64,000 nt of DNA, taken from assembly GCA_900617105.1 (NCBI GenBank), contig UYFQ01000163.1, positions 1 to 64,000 on the forward strand. Reading direction: 5' to 3'. The notes under the pieces are model-generated. The model saw only the letters and a list, made by a program, of their open reading frames with translations, was not told the origin of the DNA and searched no databases. Positions 60,403 to 64,000 of this stretch are shown piece by piece; position 1 is the stretch's first letter; every line of letters begins with the position of its first letter. Position numbers and translations under genes: made by a program. The DNA comes from Hydrurus foetidus. Its lineage: Eukaryota.

Positions 60403-63400
60403 CTATCGCTTGGCGTCATGGCCTACAGCGCTACTTCTCCTTAAGCCGCCTTGACTCGGACCAATGCCTTTGTCTTCAAGTGTCACAGACTGCCTTCTGG
60501 CCAGATCGTTCTGTCTCTCGTGATGGCTGCCCCCCCTGCCATTGTTGTACCCCTCCACGTAATCGGTAGAGTCTTGGTCTGCCTGATCCCCATACAGTCC
60601 GAGTCCTGGAATGCCCTCTTCGCAGAAACAAGGAACGAATGTTCCTAAGCACCACTTACAGGGCACAACGTCATCAGACACTCGCAAGGAGCTCAGTCTT
60701 ACAAGTTGAGCGCTCTGACTTCTCGCTTGAAAAGCATCCCTTACCCCGTTGGGTCCCACCCCCTTCCCCGATTCCGTCCCTATCCCCATAGGGGGTGAGG
60801 ATTCCTGTGCGAGACTAGCTGTGTTACGTCCCTTCTCCGCACACCTGCAGGGGTAGTAGTCCCCGAAGCACCACTTGCACGGTCCGTCCTCTCTGTCGCT
60901 CTCAAATTCCGCGCCGTCATAATTAGGGGATCCGACATTACCGTTTTTAACCGGAGATACGGCTGGACTGCAGTCTCTCGTATGCATCGGTGCTCGGACT
61001 GGAGTGGAAGCACACGTACACACAGAGGTGGAGATATTCAGCATTGAAACTCTGTCGGTAGAATTACGTGTGATGAGGTCGTGTGATTTGGATGTACCTG
61101 GTGTGCCGGTTGTGCTGGGTCTCATTGGTGATGCCTTGGGCGATGTGGGTTTAGATGGAGGCGACATCTTCACCTCAGGTACGCTATCAAGCTGCAGCAA
61201 GGAGACATAAGAAGTGATAAGTTATCAACTCGATTCAATAAATGTCTATTTCTTCCAACTGAACGATATCGTGGAAAGTGGTATGTCATTGAGTGCACAC
61301 ACACCTGAGGGGATTCATCAGCCTTGTCCTTGCTGGCCTCCTTCGCGAATCTCTCTTTAAGCCGCTGTGCACCGCCCCCCACATACATCAAAAGGGACTC
61401 TGATGCCATGGACATTTCTGTGTCCAATTTCTTTTTCTCATTCACCCGGATTAGCTGGGAGTCCGATATGAAGGACGTATCATTCTCCTCCACTTCCTGG
61501 GAGTCGCGTACGTTCGCCCTCTCATGTGCGTACGACAAAGACTCGTACTGTTCGTAGTCCGGATGGGTGTTGCTCTTGCTTCTGCTCTGCCTCATTTGAA
61601 GGGAAGAGCCGTTCATGTTGTCGTGTGGGTAGGCGAATCGACCACTGCCACTTGGGGTGTAAGGGCGCTGCAGGAACTGGGTGGGGAGAAAGAATAGGGA
61701 CATGAACAGGGGTGAGAAGTGTGGGGAAGTGAATGGAGATAGGGATATGAAGTGCAAACTGTCTGCGAAGAGGGGAAAGGAATAGGGACTTGAATTGGAG
61801 GGAATTGAGGAGGCGCGAATTGTATCGCAATGCTGTGAGGCATTGTGAGTCAAAACGAGAAACAGAGACAAACAGGTGGGCAGAATTAAATGAAGCATTG
61901 AGGTGGAGTGTAAAAAAAATGCATCGCAGGATCTTAAGGAGACAGTATCACAGTGCAGCAACAACTGCAACTCACCATCATTGTGTTTTCGTCAGTCATT
62001 TGTGTCTCGCACTCCAAGGCACCACCCGGTGTGGCGGCTCTCCTGTAGTGCGATTGCGATTAGAATGACGCATGAGTGGAATAGGGAGACACATGTGTGT
62101 CTTCAATAGCAGTAGCACCAACTGCAGTGAGTGGCATAGCACTTATTATGATAGTAGTACAAGGTGATGCTCGAAATGTATGGACACATGGCAAAGCGAA
62201 TGCCATGAAGATGAACGTGACAGCGCCCACCTCATGCTCATGCGCTGCATGTTCGGATCGGGTCCATTGCCCATCGCAAAAGGCAGCCGCTCAATGTACG
62301 CAGGCTGATCTCTCGGTCTGTCGATAGTGACAGTGCTCTGCTGTGCCCCTTCAGTGCGCTTCATGTTCATGTCCGTGCTGTCCCCGGAGGGATCGAACTC
62401 GAGATCCCTACAGGGACGCACGCACTGACTGCGCGGTGACACACTGCCTGTATAGGAATTGCCTACTTTGATGTCATTTTTGCTCCCTCGTAATGATCTC
62501 ATGAATGCTATCTCGTCTTGCGTCTCTTTTTCTTTCGCTTCTTCCTTTCTTTTTCTATCTGCAAATATTTGTTCATCTAAAGCTCTTTGGTAATCCAAGG
62601 CAGAAGACTTCTTTGCAGCTTTGTGTCCGTCATATTTACCCCCTCTACTCTCTAACGCTGCCACCGCGTGCATGCCGCTGCCCGCTGGAGACTTTCCGTG
62701 TCTAGTGCCAGCTGACTGTGGGGTTATCGGGGCTTTTCTGGGGGTCATTATTATCTCCCCACCCCTGCCCCGACTCCCTCCTCCGTTCCTTGGGGTAATC
62801 TCCCCTTGATGGGGTGTGAGGTTTCTATTTTTATTTGACACTACAGCTTTACTTTTTGAATTCCGATTATGCCGAGCCAGAGCATCCTCTGAGAACTTTT
62901 CTAAATTTATAAAATATTGTTGTGGCAGTAATTTGATGAGTGATACGACAGCTCATTCATTTTTTACGAATCTGAAGTGTCACAAAGCATCTAACAGATG
63001 CACGAATGCAACAGAATATCTGACAGTAGAAATGAAGATATTCTCACCTTGACTTGTGTTCCTAGCGGCATCTTTCTTCATAGCGATTCTGAGAGCATCT
63101 CTGGCGACCCTCTCTCTTTCCCGATCATCTTCATGCTGCCTTATCATTCTCTGCATCGCTTTGTCATCGCTCTGACGATCTTTTTCTTTCTCCAGTTCTT
63201 TTCTTCTCCTATCCTGAGCTATTTGATCATCTAGGGCTTTTTTATGTTCTAACGCTGCTAGTCTCTTTCTGTCCAGTTCATCACCCTGTCCCATGACACT
63301 CGGTTTCCATCCAGAAGGCGTTATCTGAGAATCCACTATGACTGATGAAACGCCGTACATGTCATTGACAAGTCTCAGTCTAGCTTGTGTTGGGGATGAC

Positions 63401-64000
63401 TTCGATACTGTGGGATTTTCGTAGTTGTCATTATATGATTGTTGAGCTTGAGGTTGAGGAGGAGGCTGATATTCATAACGGTCAGAAGAGCCATAATCAC
63501 TGCTATAAGAATTGTACTGCGGGGGATTTTGATCGTATTGCTGAGGATTGGGATTATATTGCGGTGGATTATATTGAGAAGGATTAGAGTATTGCTGTTG
63601 TGAACCAGCATTATGTTGAGACTGATTCGGGTTGGAGTACTGAGGATTCAGATCGTACGCAGCAGGGTGGTGATTATATTCTTGTCTGCTAAAACTTGGG
63701 CGATGCCCTCCTTGCACTGCGTCCTCTTGACTTTGTCCTCGTTCGCTGGGAATGGGTTGGTTCCCCCTTTCCCTTTCCCTTTCCCTTTCAGATCCAGTAT
63801 AGCTATTGTTATTGTAGTCACTTCGGTCACTTCCAAGTCTCTTCTCAGGCGATTGACTTCTGTTTTGCATTCTACCATTTGCGTCCTTTGTATTATTCCC
63901 GAATGAATCAAGCTGTCTTTTGTATTCAACTTGCTTCGCCCTTTTAAGAGCACGTTCGGTTGCAGGATCTGCTCCAAAACAGCTCTGCAGTTCAGAAGGT
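60403..64000 (-). CDS. Multi-exon low-complexity/coiled-coil protein, 5'-partial (weak CSPP1/CCDC66-like helical repeats)
   Basis: The frame is open from the window end into ORF 62980-63870, with further exons in ORFs 62146-62841, 61170-61970 and 60403-61200. Repeated KQVEYKRQLD / ALEHKKALDDQI / ALDYQRALDEQI motifs and a Q/N/Y/P-rich segment. Confidence 0.55.

Overview
Eukaryotic nuclear DNA with GT-AG introns and the standard code. It most likely comes from a photosynthetic stramenopile (ochrophyte) alga, because it carries a nucleus-encoded CbbX with a bipartite plastid-targeting-like N-terminus. Bases ~900-26200 form a transposon pile-up: a Tourist-like MITE, two P-like non-autonomous elements (CAAGG ends, 7-bp TSD) and four different Ty1/Copia LTR retrotransposons packed 0-37 bp apart. 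Host genes follow: CABIN1/Hir3-like (5 exons), DCAF13/SOF1, an STN7/ORG1-like pseudokinase and a coiled-coil/LRR protein. A second TE cluster (intact two-gene PIF/Harbinger, Sola2-like element, P-like MITE) precedes cbbX and a partial low-complexity coiled-coil gene. The main finding is that none of the four Copia elements has a tRNA-type primer-binding site. In each, the 10-11 nt at the 3' edge of the 5' LTR are the exact reverse complement of a motif inside its own LTR, with compensatory changes between families. This is the signature of Tf1-style self-primed reverse transcription, here in Copia rather than Gypsy elements. All calls come from reading the sequence by eye; no searches were run.
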